From: Promethearchaeota archaeon | Lineage (GTDB): Archaea; Asgardarchaeota; Lokiarchaeia; Sigyniarchaeales; SOKP01 | DNA length: 44,615 nucleotides | Direction of reading: 5' to 3' | NCBI GenBank assembly: GCA_018238625.1 | Contig: JABCSY010000023.1 | Coordinates: 1 to 44,615, forward strand | Part shown: positions 27,807-37,060 of the stretch, piece after piece | Layout of the letters: every line of letters starts with the position of its first letter | Position numbering within the stretch: position 1 is the stretch's first letter | Made by a program: the position numbers and the translations under genes | The notes under the pieces: generated by a model | The model's input: only the letters and a program-made list of their open reading frames with translations | Told to the model about the DNA's origin: nothing | Databases searched by the model: none

Positions 27807-28460
27807 ATGATTGTAGATTCTGATAAAGATGAAAAAAGAAAAGTAGAAATCAATAGTGAATCGGGTTTTAACGCGTTAAAAGAGGTGCTTCAATTTAAAG
27901 TCGTATATTGGGGTCCTGGCGAATCGGGAAAGACCACTAATTACTTTAGACTGCGAGAAAAGTTTGACGCCGTCAAGTTAAATAAGGGTTATTCCATAGA
28001 AACGACCGATGGTAGAACTTTGTGGCAAGATTCAATTCGACTTTCGTTTTATTTCAATCTTAAAGAGGTCAAATTCAACATAATTACGCAAATTGTTACT
28101 GCAACAGGACAAGAACGTTTTTTATCTACGCGAGAGTACGTATTAGATGGAGCCGACGGCGTAGTGTTCGTAGCTGATTCCGACCCCGAAAAAATGGAAC
28201 AAAATAAGCGAAGTTTTCGAGAATTAAGCAGTTTTACTCACGATAAAGGCATTCCTTATGTAATACAACTAAACAAGAGAGATTTGGAGAACGCGATTTC
28301 CCTAGAGGCCTTTAAAGTAGAGCTCGGGCTCCCCCAATCTGAAGAGTTCAATGATGGAGCGCCAGTAGTTTATCCAACTGTGGCTTTAAAAGGAGATAGC
28401 GTTCGGAGATGTTTTGAAGACTTGATGCTCCAAATAATTTTCAATTATTTTAGTAATTAA
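27807..28460 (+). CDS. MglA-family small GTPase
   Basis: KVVYWGPGESGKTTN, GRTLWQD, TATGQ, GADGVVFVADS, QLNKRDL. Confidence 0.9.
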   Translation: MIVDSDKDEKRKVEINSESGFNALKEVLQFKVVYWGPGESGKTTNYFRLREKFDAVKLNKGYSIETTDGRTLWQDSIRLSFYFNLKEVKFNIITQIVTATGQERFLSTREYVLDGADGVVFVADSDPEKMEQNKRSFRELSSFTHDKGIPYVIQLNKRDLENAISLEAFKVELGLPQSEEFNDGAPVVYPTVALKGDSVRRCFEDLMLQIIFNYFSN

Positions 28461-28491
28461 ATTCAACAATTTTAGGAGAATTAGACGAATT

Positions 28492-29646
28492 ATGGATACT
28501 CTATACGATTTCCAGAAACCAGAATTTCTAAACATTTTATTCTTTCAGCAAAAAAACTTGGTGATCTTTCCTTACGTCGATCTAAAACACATCCATTCGC
28601 TAGATTGTTTTACTGTAGGATACGAAGTAGTTGATTTGGATTCGACCGTGTTACATAACCTTCGCGAAATTATTGATTTTGAAGCTAGTAATACTTATTC
28701 TCAGCAACCTACTTTTTATTATATATTGAATGCCAAGGTAGAAGATATTAAAGTTTTATTAGAATCTCCTAACATCCATTGTGTAATCAATACGCACGAG
28801 AACGTAGAGTATTTAGCAAACGGCGATAATTTTATTTTTTATAATAAAAAGAACAATTCCTTTCTCAATTACGAGCCAGAAAGAGCGAACTTGTCTTTTG
28901 AGCAACATCTAATCCAAACTTCTCAAAACGAACAAATATTATCAGACGAAATCCTTAAAATTAAAAGCGTAGCAACAAAAATCTTCGTAAATTTGAATAA
29001 CCGAAATAACGCGGATAATCTTCCCAAACTTATGAGCGATTACGATCAGATTTATTGGGACAAGATTTTAACTTTTACTAAGTTATATTTTAAGATCGAT
29101 ATACCCAAATTCGAAAGACCAAGAAAAATACTCAAAAAAAAGTTTTCTAAATCGCAAAAGGATTTTTCTTTCGAATACGAGTTCATTTTGAAAACTAATC
29201 GAAGGATCGGACAAAAATTTATCCAATTAATTCACAATTATCGTTTTGACAAAGTAAACCCCGCTAATTTAGAGGTGGAACAGCTTTACTACCCTAAAAA
29301 ACTGTACAATTATTTACGAAACCACCACTGGGAAAAAGGAATTCCCCCTGAATTCGTGTCTAATTGGGTTAAAATGATCGATACTAAACTTCAAACGAAT
29401 GAAAACGATCTTTTAGATTTTCAAATTATTTTCGATAAGTTAAATATCCCACACGCTTATTTACCCGAAGTTAACGAAGAAAACAAACCTCATAAAAAGA
29501 TCCTGCATCAACCGATTAATCCTACAGTAACCACTAAGAATGAGAGCGTAAATGATACTATCGTACCAATACCTTCAGTAGAAGACTTTCAAGAGTTTAA
29601 AAGTTGGCTTTTAAAAAAATTAGATGATTTGGAAAAAATCCTGTAG
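28492..29646 (+). CDS. Hypothetical protein, third gene of the MglB/MglA-like operon
   Basis: 384-aa ORF, GGAG RBS; no recognised motif. Confidence 0.8.
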   Translation: MDTLYDFQKPEFLNILFFQQKNLVIFPYVDLKHIHSLDCFTVGYEVVDLDSTVLHNLREIIDFEASNTYSQQPTFYYILNAKVEDIKVLLESPNIHCVINTHENVEYLANGDNFIFYNKKNNSFLNYEPERANLSFEQHLIQTSQNEQILSDEILKIKSVATKIFVNLNNRNNADNLPKLMSDYDQIYWDKILTFTKLYFKIDIPKFERPRKILKKKFSKSQKDFSFEYEFILKTNRRIGQKFIQLIHNYRFDKVNPANLEVEQLYYPKKLYNYLRNHHWEKGIPPEFVSNWVKMIDTKLQTNENDLLDFQIIFDKLNIPHAYLPEVNEENKPHKKILHQPINPTVTTKNESVNDTIVPIPSVEDFQEFKSWLLKKLDDLEKIL

Positions 29647-29690
29647 GTTCTAGTATTATTACATTTCTTTAAGTTTTTAATTTAGCAGAT

Positions 29691-29894
29691 CTAAGAGATA
29701 TGTAGACAAGAAAAACGCAGCGTTAACAAACATAATTCAATTATAAATTCAGGAATTTTGCCAAAATTGTGTCTAAATATACGATATTCAAGTACCCTCT
29801 GTGCACCTTTAGGCGTTATCATGCTCCGTTAAAATAACGGGTAATAGGTATATTTCTTATGAAATCCTTCTAAAAGGTTTTTCTTTCCTTTCAA
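29691..29894 (-). pseudogene. Possible degraded gene or two in-frame micro-ORFs
   Basis: RBS GGTGAG, TTG 29894 MKGKKNLLEGFHKKYTYYPLF*, then in-frame MITPKGAQRVLEY... to TAG 29691. Confidence 0.3.
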
Positions 29895-29995
29895 AGGTTA
29901 TCTCACCATTAATTTCTAACCCCATTAGTTATAAATTTACGATTCTTAATAAAAATTAGATTATGAATTGTCCTAATTTTGTCTAGAGACAAGCT

Positions 29996-30325
29996 ATGAA
30001 AAAAACAGTACAAAATATTTTAAAGTATATTGTTATCATTATATTAGTTTATATAGTTGTAGTAGTAAATAATTTACAAAAAATTCGTGGATTTTTAGAA
30101 TTATTTACTATATTTTTTGTTATGTTTGCATTTTTATTTTATTTTGTTGTTATGTTTTTACCCATATTTGTTTTTCGATATGTTCTTATTTCTGGATTAA
30201 ATATTTTCTTTGGTACCAAAATTTATTTTTCAATTAAACGACTCTTTTATATTGCTATAATATTATCAATATTTTTAACTAGTTTATCGTGCGCATTATT
30301 AGATTTTCAGTTATTGCTATTTTGA
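29996..30325 (+). CDS. Very AT-rich small membrane protein
   Basis: 109 aa, three hydrophobic segments. Confidence 0.55.
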   Translation: MKKTVQNILKYIVIIILVYIVVVVNNLQKIRGFLELFTIFFVMFAFLFYFVVMFLPIFVFRYVLISGLNIFFGTKIYFSIKRLFYIAIILSIFLTSLSCALLDFQLLLF

Positions 30326-30680
30326 TTAATCTTTTAGATGAATGATTTTACAATGTAAGGATTGATGAAGATAGAGATAGATATGCAGATAAAGAAATTT
30401 CCTATGAGAAAAAGGTTGACACATTCCGTTATGAGATTATTAATAACATAGAAGTTCTTCATTAGAAAATTTTCTAACTCCTCGAAATATTTAAAATATT
30501 TCTTTAAACTACAATCCTGTTGTAATTTATCTTTATCTACTCTTTTAAATATGTGATTATAAACTTTAGAGAGGGTTTTGGACAAAAAAGTAAAGATTTA
30601 AATATTTTTATATCTTGATTATTTATTGAAATTCTTTGTTTCAAATTTTTATTTAAATATGCAAGATTGATCTCAATTTT

Positions 30681-31064
30681 ATGATAACACCTGTTATAAG
30701 AGAGAAGAAAAAGCTTAGCTCTGTTAGATGCGTTCTATGTCAGAGTAACACCAATTCTAACTTCAAAATTAAAAAGATTGGAATGTCTTTTAGAATAGTT
30801 TGTGAAGATTGCTTAAAATCGTTTTCTGACGAAGAAATGGAATTAATTCATAATATGTTTACTGCGTTTGGGGGGAATTTTGGATTATTAAGTGATTCCA
30901 AAGAAACCTCTTATTCGAAATTAAAAGAGATTGCAGAAGATTACAAAACTCTAAATAAGGACGTTGCTAATATTGAAAACGATGTTAAAACGCTCCATTT
31001 AGCCTTTTTATACGGGATTACTCCGAAGCAACTCGTACAAGGGTTAAACCTTTTGATTGACTAA
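30681..31064 (+). CDS. C2-C2 zinc-finger hypothetical protein (paralog of 2775-3152)
   Basis: CVLC...CEDC, FSDEEMELI, FTAFGGNFG, YGITPK; TATA 30652-30659. Confidence 0.8.
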   Translation: MITPVIREKKKLSSVRCVLCQSNTNSNFKIKKIGMSFRIVCEDCLKSFSDEEMELIHNMFTAFGGNFGLLSDSKETSYSKLKEIAEDYKTLNKDVANIENDVKTLHLAFLYGITPKQLVQGLNLLID

Positions 31065-31136
31065 TGAGAAAAGTTGAAGCTAACATATTTTTCAATACAA
31101 TAACTGAAAAAGAAAATTAATAAAAATTATATTTTT

Positions 31137-31430
31137 TTATCTTACAGCTTCATTTTTGAGTCGTGAAAAATCCATACCCCCAAGATTTTCGTAATTGAGT
31201 ATCGTGAACCCTTGCTTTCTAATCAAATCGTTCCAATACTTAGTTCTTTGAAATACTATGCCCACTATACCCGTATATAAGATTATTTGCCAAGAATATC
31301 GATTCCACTCGCCTATCAACAAATAACCCTTTGGTTTTAACACCCTGTGAATCTCTTTCATTGCCTTTTTTTTATCTTCATAATCGTGTACCTCGTGAAG
31401 CACCGAAGATAAATTTACGATATCAAAAGA
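31137..31430 (-). pseudogene. C-terminal fragment of a class I SAM methyltransferase
   Basis: SFDIVNLSSVLHEV...AMKEIHRVLKPKGYLLI; motif I is absent; probable frameshift in a G-run near the 3' end. Confidence 0.8.
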
Positions 31431-31610
31431 GGACAAATCGTAATTCCTATAGAAACCCGAAAACATTTCAACATAAACCCAGGGGATCAAGTTCTCGTAT
31501 TCGGCGATTCTAAAAAAGGGATTGCCATAGCGAAAGCAAGTTTATTAAAAAGGTTTGCTGGAAAACTCTTGGATATTTATGATTCTGAAGAATTAGAATC
31601 TAATGAATAA
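31422..31610 (+). pseudogene. N-terminally truncated AbrB/MazE/SpoVT-family regulator (not in the ORF track)
   Basis: KRGQIVIPIETRKHFNINPGDQVLVFGD...; in-frame stop at 31410, no canonical start. Confidence 0.8.
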
Positions 31611-31679
31611 CAGTTCTATTAATATATTTCTACCCAATCATTAAGTATTAATTAAAAAGTGCCATATAATTAATAACTC

Positions 31680-32204
31680 TTGTCGGTTATAACTCCGAGC
31701 ACTTTAGAAACTAAAAGATTAATGATTAGACAATTTACTCAGGAAGATTTTGATAAAGTAATTAGTTTTACGAAAGATTTGACATCTATTAGCTTCAATC
31801 GATTGTTTAAAACTATTATTGATTCTTATCAAAGTCAAGAAAAAGCAATTTCTTACGCGTTTATACTAAAAAGTACTGGAGTCTTTTTAGGATTTTATGG
31901 TTTAATTGCTTTAGAAGACAATATGCCGATGGAATGTTATTATTTTTTGCGGCCTGAGTATTGGGGAAATGGCTACGCGATAGAATCTCTTAGAAAGATT
32001 TTTGAATACGCTTTTTCAGAGCTTAAACTAGATAAAATAGTGGCGTATATAGATCAAGGCAACACACGAGGCTGGAAAGTTGCAGAAAGGTCGGGAATGA
32101 AATATATGGGCAACATTTTACGCAAAGATACCAATCTTAAGAGAAGGAATTCAATGTTTTTTTTAATAGAAAAAAACGATTATTGCAATCAATTCCAAAT
32201 TTAG
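31680..32204 (+). CDS. GNAT acetyltransferase, RimJ/RimL type
   Basis: LETKRLMIRQF, PEYWGNGYAIE, NTRGWKVAERSGM. Confidence 0.9.
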   Translation: MSVITPSTLETKRLMIRQFTQEDFDKVISFTKDLTSISFNRLFKTIIDSYQSQEKAISYAFILKSTGVFLGFYGLIALEDNMPMECYYFLRPEYWGNGYAIESLRKIFEYAFSELKLDKIVAYIDQGNTRGWKVAERSGMKYMGNILRKDTNLKRRNSMFFLIEKNDYCNQFQI

Positions 32205-32222
32205 AAGCGGTTTATCCCCTAA

Positions 32223-33164
32223 TTATAAAGATAAGATGTCTTCTAATTCCTTTTTCGTCAGATTTAACAGCCCGCTTTCGGGCAACCTTTCTGTTAGTAA
32301 ACGCCAATTGTTATCTTTCTTAAAAATGGTTTTAAATAGCTCTGACGCTTCTTTTATTTTTTGATTATTTGCCAAAGATACGGCGGTCCAGAATTTCATC
32401 TCTAAATTTTCAGGAAACATATTTAGTGCCGAATCGTATTCCTTGAGTGCTTTCCCCATGTCGTTGTGTTCTATAGCTAAATCCCCTTTATCCATGTGCT
32501 TATAAGCCCTATGGAGCTTTAACAATCTTGAGAGTTCTTTTACGGGTTGCTCGTGATCTTCGACTCTTAAATCGATGATTTTATCTTCCCACTTATTTTT
32601 GGCTACTTTACCGCCTACAATTAGAATCGCCGCTGATTGTTTTCCTCTGATATCGCCACCTGTAGTTTCTGCAGCTTCCATAGTTTTAACGATTCTTTCA
32701 GCTAAGGGTAAATTAACGCTTGATTCAAAACTTTTAGCCATTGTTGACCAGACTTTATCGGAAAGCATCATGTTAGCTTGAACTGAAAAGTTATCGCCTT
32801 CTATATGTCCTGCGTGTTTTATGCATTTCGATCCCGTATGAGCGGCAACTCTTCCTTGTGCGTCCAAAATTGCGACTTGTCTCACATTTCTGCCTTCGTC
32901 TTCGGATATTAAGAGATCTAAAGCTTCTTTTGGCGATTTACCTTGCTTTAAAAGTTCTAAACCTCGTAAACCAAACGAAGCATTTACGAGCGATTGAGTG
33001 GCTACAACTCCAACTCCAGATTCGCCCCAAGAAACGATGCTCCCAACTGAGAAATAATGACTCTGAACGCCAACTCCCATCTCTCCCGTTTTAGGATCTC
33101 TTGCCACGATAGAGTAAGTGTGAGCAATATTTCTCCCTCTACAAATAGGTTTATGCTTTTTCAT
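32223..33164 (-). CDS. DUF1028 (Ntn-hydrolase-like) protein with C-terminal TPR
   Basis: HTYSIVARDPKTGEMGVGVQS, GVGVVATQ, GGDIRGKQSAA, DLRVEDH. Confidence 0.9.
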   Translation of the reverse strand: MKKHKPICRGRNIAHTYSIVARDPKTGEMGVGVQSHYFSVGSIVSWGESGVGVVATQSLVNASFGLRGLELLKQGKSPKEALDLLISEDEGRNVRQVAILDAQGRVAAHTGSKCIKHAGHIEGDNFSVQANMMLSDKVWSTMAKSFESSVNLPLAERIVKTMEAAETTGGDIRGKQSAAILIVGGKVAKNKWEDKIIDLRVEDHEQPVKELSRLLKLHRAYKHMDKGDLAIEHNDMGKALKEYDSALNMFPENLEMKFWTAVSLANNQKIKEASELFKTIFKKDNNWRLLTERLPESGLLNLTKKELEDILSL

Positions 33165-33326
33165 TTTTGAAAATTACCTGATTATATTTTTGTGTAATTA
33201 TTTTAAATCAACAATACCAAACATTTAAAATTATTTTATAATGCGTATTTTTTCTTAATTTTAATTTTTTTAATTATTTTTGGGATAATAAAAATATTTA
33301 TTTTAAATCTGAGACTTAGTCTTAAT

Positions 33327-33677
33327 ATGTCAAGTTTAAGCGAACTGTTTAAGGAATGGAACGAGCTAAATAATAAAGCTGGAGCATCCATGGGTCAATT
33401 TGATTTTTCGACAATAAAAGAAATTCGTAAAGAGCAATCAAAACTCGAAAATTTAATATTTGAAGAATTGAAAAAGCATGCGTCCGATGAAGTTTTAAAG
33501 ATCCTTCCCGAGGAATGCGGGGACATGGAGATGGGCTATAAAACTAAAGGAAACATATTTTACTTCGTAATGCTGGATCCAGAATTTATTGAATCCGAAG
33601 AAACAATCCTATTAGCTATTACTATAAACCTTAAAAACAAAGTTGAGCTAATTAGGAATTTTGAAATTAAAGATTAA
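33327..33677 (+). CDS. Hypothetical protein
   Basis: 116-aa ORF with protein-like composition. Confidence 0.75.
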   Translation: MSSLSELFKEWNELNNKAGASMGQFDFSTIKEIRKEQSKLENLIFEELKKHASDEVLKILPEECGDMEMGYKTKGNIFYFVMLDPEFIESEETILLAITINLKNKVELIRNFEIKD

Positions 33678-33704
33678 TTAATTAATTAATTAATTAATTA
33701 ATTA
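33673..33704. repeat. (ATTA)8 self-complementary microsatellite between convergent genes
   Basis: attaattaattaattaattaattaattaatta. Confidence 0.9.
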
Positions 33705-33726
33705 GATAAAAAAAGAAGGAATATAT

Positions 33727-35256
33727 TTAAAATTTATCGGAGTTGTCGTACCAGGCTGGAAACCATTTGTAATACTCTTTTGGAAAGGCCATTTGTAATC
33801 CTTCGTAAGTGGACTTAACCAATGCTACTTTTCCCGAGCGATCGCGATGAATGACGACTAATCCTTGTTTTTCTAGGTTTTCAAAAATCTTTCTCAATTC
33901 GGAGCGACCCCCTCCTATGTCTTCTCGTACATCGTCTGGAGTCATATATAGTCCTGGGTTGATTTTGTAATCGTGAGAAATAACTTTTAGTACGTTTTCC
34001 TCGTTTACTTCTAATCCTTTGAATTTAGATTCTTTTTTCGAAATTAACGGAACATTAATTTTATCGTTCCACCTCATTCTCATTGATTTATTATAACCAG
34101 GGAGCATAGCAGAAAACCTATATATAATCATTTTTTGAACTTCGTTAGTTCCAGCAACGATCTCTCCAATCTTAGCTTCGCGTAAGATTCTTTCAGCAGG
34201 TAAAAATTTGGTAAGACCATCTCCTCCCAATAATTGAATGGCTTTAAGTCCAATATCTCTCGCAGCCTCCGTGTTAATCATTTTTGCTATAGACGCTTCC
34301 ACCATTGGTTCCCCTCCATCGTCTAATAACTTAGCACAGTGATAAGAAAACAATCTCGATACTTTTGCTATCTTTATAATCTCAGCAATTTCGTTCTGTA
34401 TCCCTGGAAATTGATTGGTTGTTCTTCTAAATTGAACCCGTCTTTTAGAAAAGTGAAATAACAAATTTATTACATCTTCAAACAAACCACCAAAAACAGC
34501 AGCGCCTATTAGTCGCTCGAAGTTTAAACCTGCCATCATCACGTTCCAACCGTTTCCAACTGCACCAATACGATTAACATCAGGGATTCTAACGTGATCA
34601 AAATCGATGTATCCGTTTGGAACGTTATCAAATCCAATCAAAGGGTTTATTTTTTCTAAAGTAAATCCAGGTCTACCTTTTTCAACCATAAACGAGGTTA
34701 TATGACCGTACTGTTTCCGTATAGTTGGATCATCGCTTGTTTTTGCGTAAATAAAATATCTATCGCTGACTCCTGCTCCAGTGATAAATCGTTTTTTCCC
34801 GTTTAATATCCACTCGTCTCCATCCTTTATAGCGGAAGTAAAAACGTTAGCAGCGTCAGATCCCGCAAAAGGTTCCGTAATGCAAACGGCTCCCAATTCT
34901 TCACCGCTCGCAATTTTGGGGAGCCAAGCTCGTTTTTGCTCTTCGGTACCAAACCTTAATAACTGTTCCAACCCCGCCAAAATACTTACTGTGAATACGT
35001 GACCTACAGCGTAAAGTCTGCCTAATTGTTCGGCAACGATACAACTTCCAGTAGCACCTAATTCTAAACCACCGTATTCTTTTGGAACTCCGACTCCAAA
35101 ATAACCTTTATCGGCAACCTTTTTTACTAAAGGCCATGGAAATTTAGTATTCCAGAAATATTCCTCCGCTTCTTCAAAATTTTCCTCAACAAAAACCCTA
35201 ACATCTTTATAAATCGCTTTTTGTGGGTCTGTCCACCAAAAAAACTCTTCACTCAA
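33727..35256 (-). CDS. Acyl-CoA dehydrogenase with C-terminal winged-helix-like extension
   Basis: VPKEYGG, CITEPFAGSD, LNGKKRFIT, RVQF, AIQLLGGDG, GTNEVQ; about 120 extra C-terminal residues. Confidence 0.93.
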   Translation of the reverse strand: MSEEFFWWTDPQKAIYKDVRVFVEENFEEAEEYFWNTKFPWPLVKKVADKGYFGVGVPKEYGGLELGATGSCIVAEQLGRLYAVGHVFTVSILAGLEQLLRFGTEEQKRAWLPKIASGEELGAVCITEPFAGSDAANVFTSAIKDGDEWILNGKKRFITGAGVSDRYFIYAKTSDDPTIRKQYGHITSFMVEKGRPGFTLEKINPLIGFDNVPNGYIDFDHVRIPDVNRIGAVGNGWNVMMAGLNFERLIGAAVFGGLFEDVINLLFHFSKRRVQFRRTTNQFPGIQNEIAEIIKIAKVSRLFSYHCAKLLDDGGEPMVEASIAKMINTEAARDIGLKAIQLLGGDGLTKFLPAERILREAKIGEIVAGTNEVQKMIIYRFSAMLPGYNKSMRMRWNDKINVPLISKKESKFKGLEVNEENVLKVISHDYKINPGLYMTPDDVREDIGGGRSELRKIFENLEKQGLVVIHRDRSGKVALVKSTYEGLQMAFPKEYYKWFPAWYDNSDKF

Positions 35257-35494
35257 CCTATTTCATCCTTTTTTCTTCGATATAAAATTGAAATAATAAT
35301 ACTGGTTTTAGTTTTTAATATATCTAAAACTTTAGGAAATTTGGTGAGAAAATTTAAAATAATATGTTATACTATGGTTTTAAATGATAATTTCTTACTA
35401 TATTATAATATCACCATAGTTATGGATAAAGTAGAGTGGATATAAAATTTCTATACCAGCTTCTTTAAGAGAAGGCCCCAGAACGACAAATACT

Positions 35495-37060
35495 TTGGCT
35501 AAAAAGTATTACATAGTCATTTATTTATTAATAATGGTTCTGAGCTCTCAACCACTTCTTTTCTGGTTTTGGTTTTATTGGAAAAACTTTTATTTGGCAG
35601 GGACAACATTTTACATTTTCTTTCCATTAATTTTCTTTGCGGGAGTTTTCATTTTAATTATCAGTTCAATTTTAGTTTCAAAAATATTTCTTTCAATTAC
35701 TAATTTAATACATTCGCCTCAAGAAGGCGTATTTTATTTTAAAAAAGATGACAAAGACTTTTGTTATTGGAGTTTAAGAGCTATAATAAAGAAGTGGCCT
35801 ATTTGGTTGTCAAGACAGTTATCTCTTCCTTTTTTTGAAATGTTAGCATATAAAATATTAGGGGTAAAAACTAGTTTTAAAAACGCTTTACACGATGGTT
35901 GGGTTGATTGTGAGTTTGTTACGCTTGGAAAAAATGTTAAGATTGGCCAAGGAACGGTTATTATGTCGAATCTGATTGTAAAAGATCGGTTGATTTTTAA
36001 ACGGGTAGTTATAAAGGACGATGTAATTATTGGAGCTCATTCTCTAATTTTGCCCGGCACTATTATCGAACCAAACACTATCCTTGATTCAAATTCTATA
36101 ACCAAAATAAATCAACATTTAGATAGTAATTCCATATATCGTGGTAGACCCGTTAAAAAAGTATTAGAAACTAACGCGATTACTAATAAAGAAGTGATTG
36201 AAAAAAGATTTTTTGAAAAGGATCCATCTATCACGCAAACCGATGAATTTTTAACAGCACATGGAACAAATTTATCAGTTCCGTTTCATTTTTATATTAT
36301 ATCTGGCATAATAATAATTGGTTTTTCCTTTTTTCTGCCTGGATTTATTTTTTACTTGTTTTTGTTTGGATTCTTAGAGCCAAATCTGTTGTCCCAACCC
36401 TTTACAATTGAAGTTTTTTTAAACCTATATAATTACAGCATATTTCTTTTAACTCCATTAATATTTATATCTTGCTATTTATTACATTTATTTTTCGTGG
36501 CATTATTTACAAGATGGTTCTATAAGTTAGCAGATAAAAGAGGTCCTTCTCAAGGTGTTTTCGATAGAAATCTAGATGAGTCATCAACTACTCTTGATTA
36601 TTATCATTTCAGGTCTTTCCTCATGAAATATCCAATTTTTGCATTCTCACGTTCTCCATTCCCGTGGTTGCTTAATTGGGAGTTGAATTTTATAAAATCC
36701 AACAAAATTGGAAAGGATACGGTGCTAGAAGAGACTTTTATCCATAGTCACATAAACTTTGGTGATAATTGTTATTTAGGTACTTCATCACATATTACAA
36801 ATCATTTAGTTGATGGAGTGTATGGAGAAGAGAACCTAATATTTGTCGGTGTAGAAATAGGTAATAAGTCTATACTTAATGCCATTACGGGGGGACTGCC
36901 CGGTACTGAGGTTGGAGAGAACTCTACACTTTTACCTGGTTGCACTACGATTAAATACGATAAACTAGATGGTGAAGGCATATATAATGGGTTTCCAGCT
37001 AGGCGGATGAAAAAAGAAGATATTATCGATTATTTAGGAGGCGATTATTCTGGAGAATAA
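35495..37060 (+). CDS. Membrane protein with two (TM pair + left-handed beta-helix) acyltransferase-like modules
   Basis: LGVK..., VTLGKNVKIG, VIKDDVIIGAHSLILPGT, YRGRP; second module VEIGNKS...LPGTEVG...YNGFPAR. Confidence 0.85.
   Translation: MAKKYYIVIYLLIMVLSSQPLLFWFWFYWKNFYLAGTTFYIFFPLIFFAGVFILIISSILVSKIFLSITNLIHSPQEGVFYFKKDDKDFCYWSLRAIIKKWPIWLSRQLSLPFFEMLAYKILGVKTSFKNALHDGWVDCEFVTLGKNVKIGQGTVIMSNLIVKDRLIFKRVVIKDDVIIGAHSLILPGTIIEPNTILDSNSITKINQHLDSNSIYRGRPVKKVLETNAITNKEVIEKRFFEKDPSITQTDEFLTAHGTNLSVPFHFYIISGIIIIGFSFFLPGFIFYLFLFGFLEPNLLSQPFTIEVFLNLYNYSIFLLTPLIFISCYLLHLFFVALFTRWFYKLADKRGPSQGVFDRNLDESSTTLDYYHFRSFLMKYPIFAFSRSPFPWLLNWELNFIKSNKIGKDTVLEETFIHSHINFGDNCYLGTSSHITNHLVDGVYGEENLIFVGVEIGNKSILNAITGGLPGTEVGENSTLLPGCTTIKYDKLDGEGIYNGFPARRMKKEDIIDYLGGDYSGE

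Noticed and set aside
4925-29786. TTGCCAAA..GTGTCTAA similarity at about 4925 and 29758 as IS ends
   Set aside because: Short gapped match, no transposase and no target duplication.
30334-30585. 83-aa minus-strand ORF
   Set aside because: Low-complexity AT-rich sequence with no RBS or motif; possibly a remnant but unsupported.
843-31064. CpG-rich codon usage as a signature of the proposed regulon
   Set aside because: Metabolic genes such as the acyl-CoA dehydrogenase look similarly CpG-containing by eye; it cannot be separated without counting.
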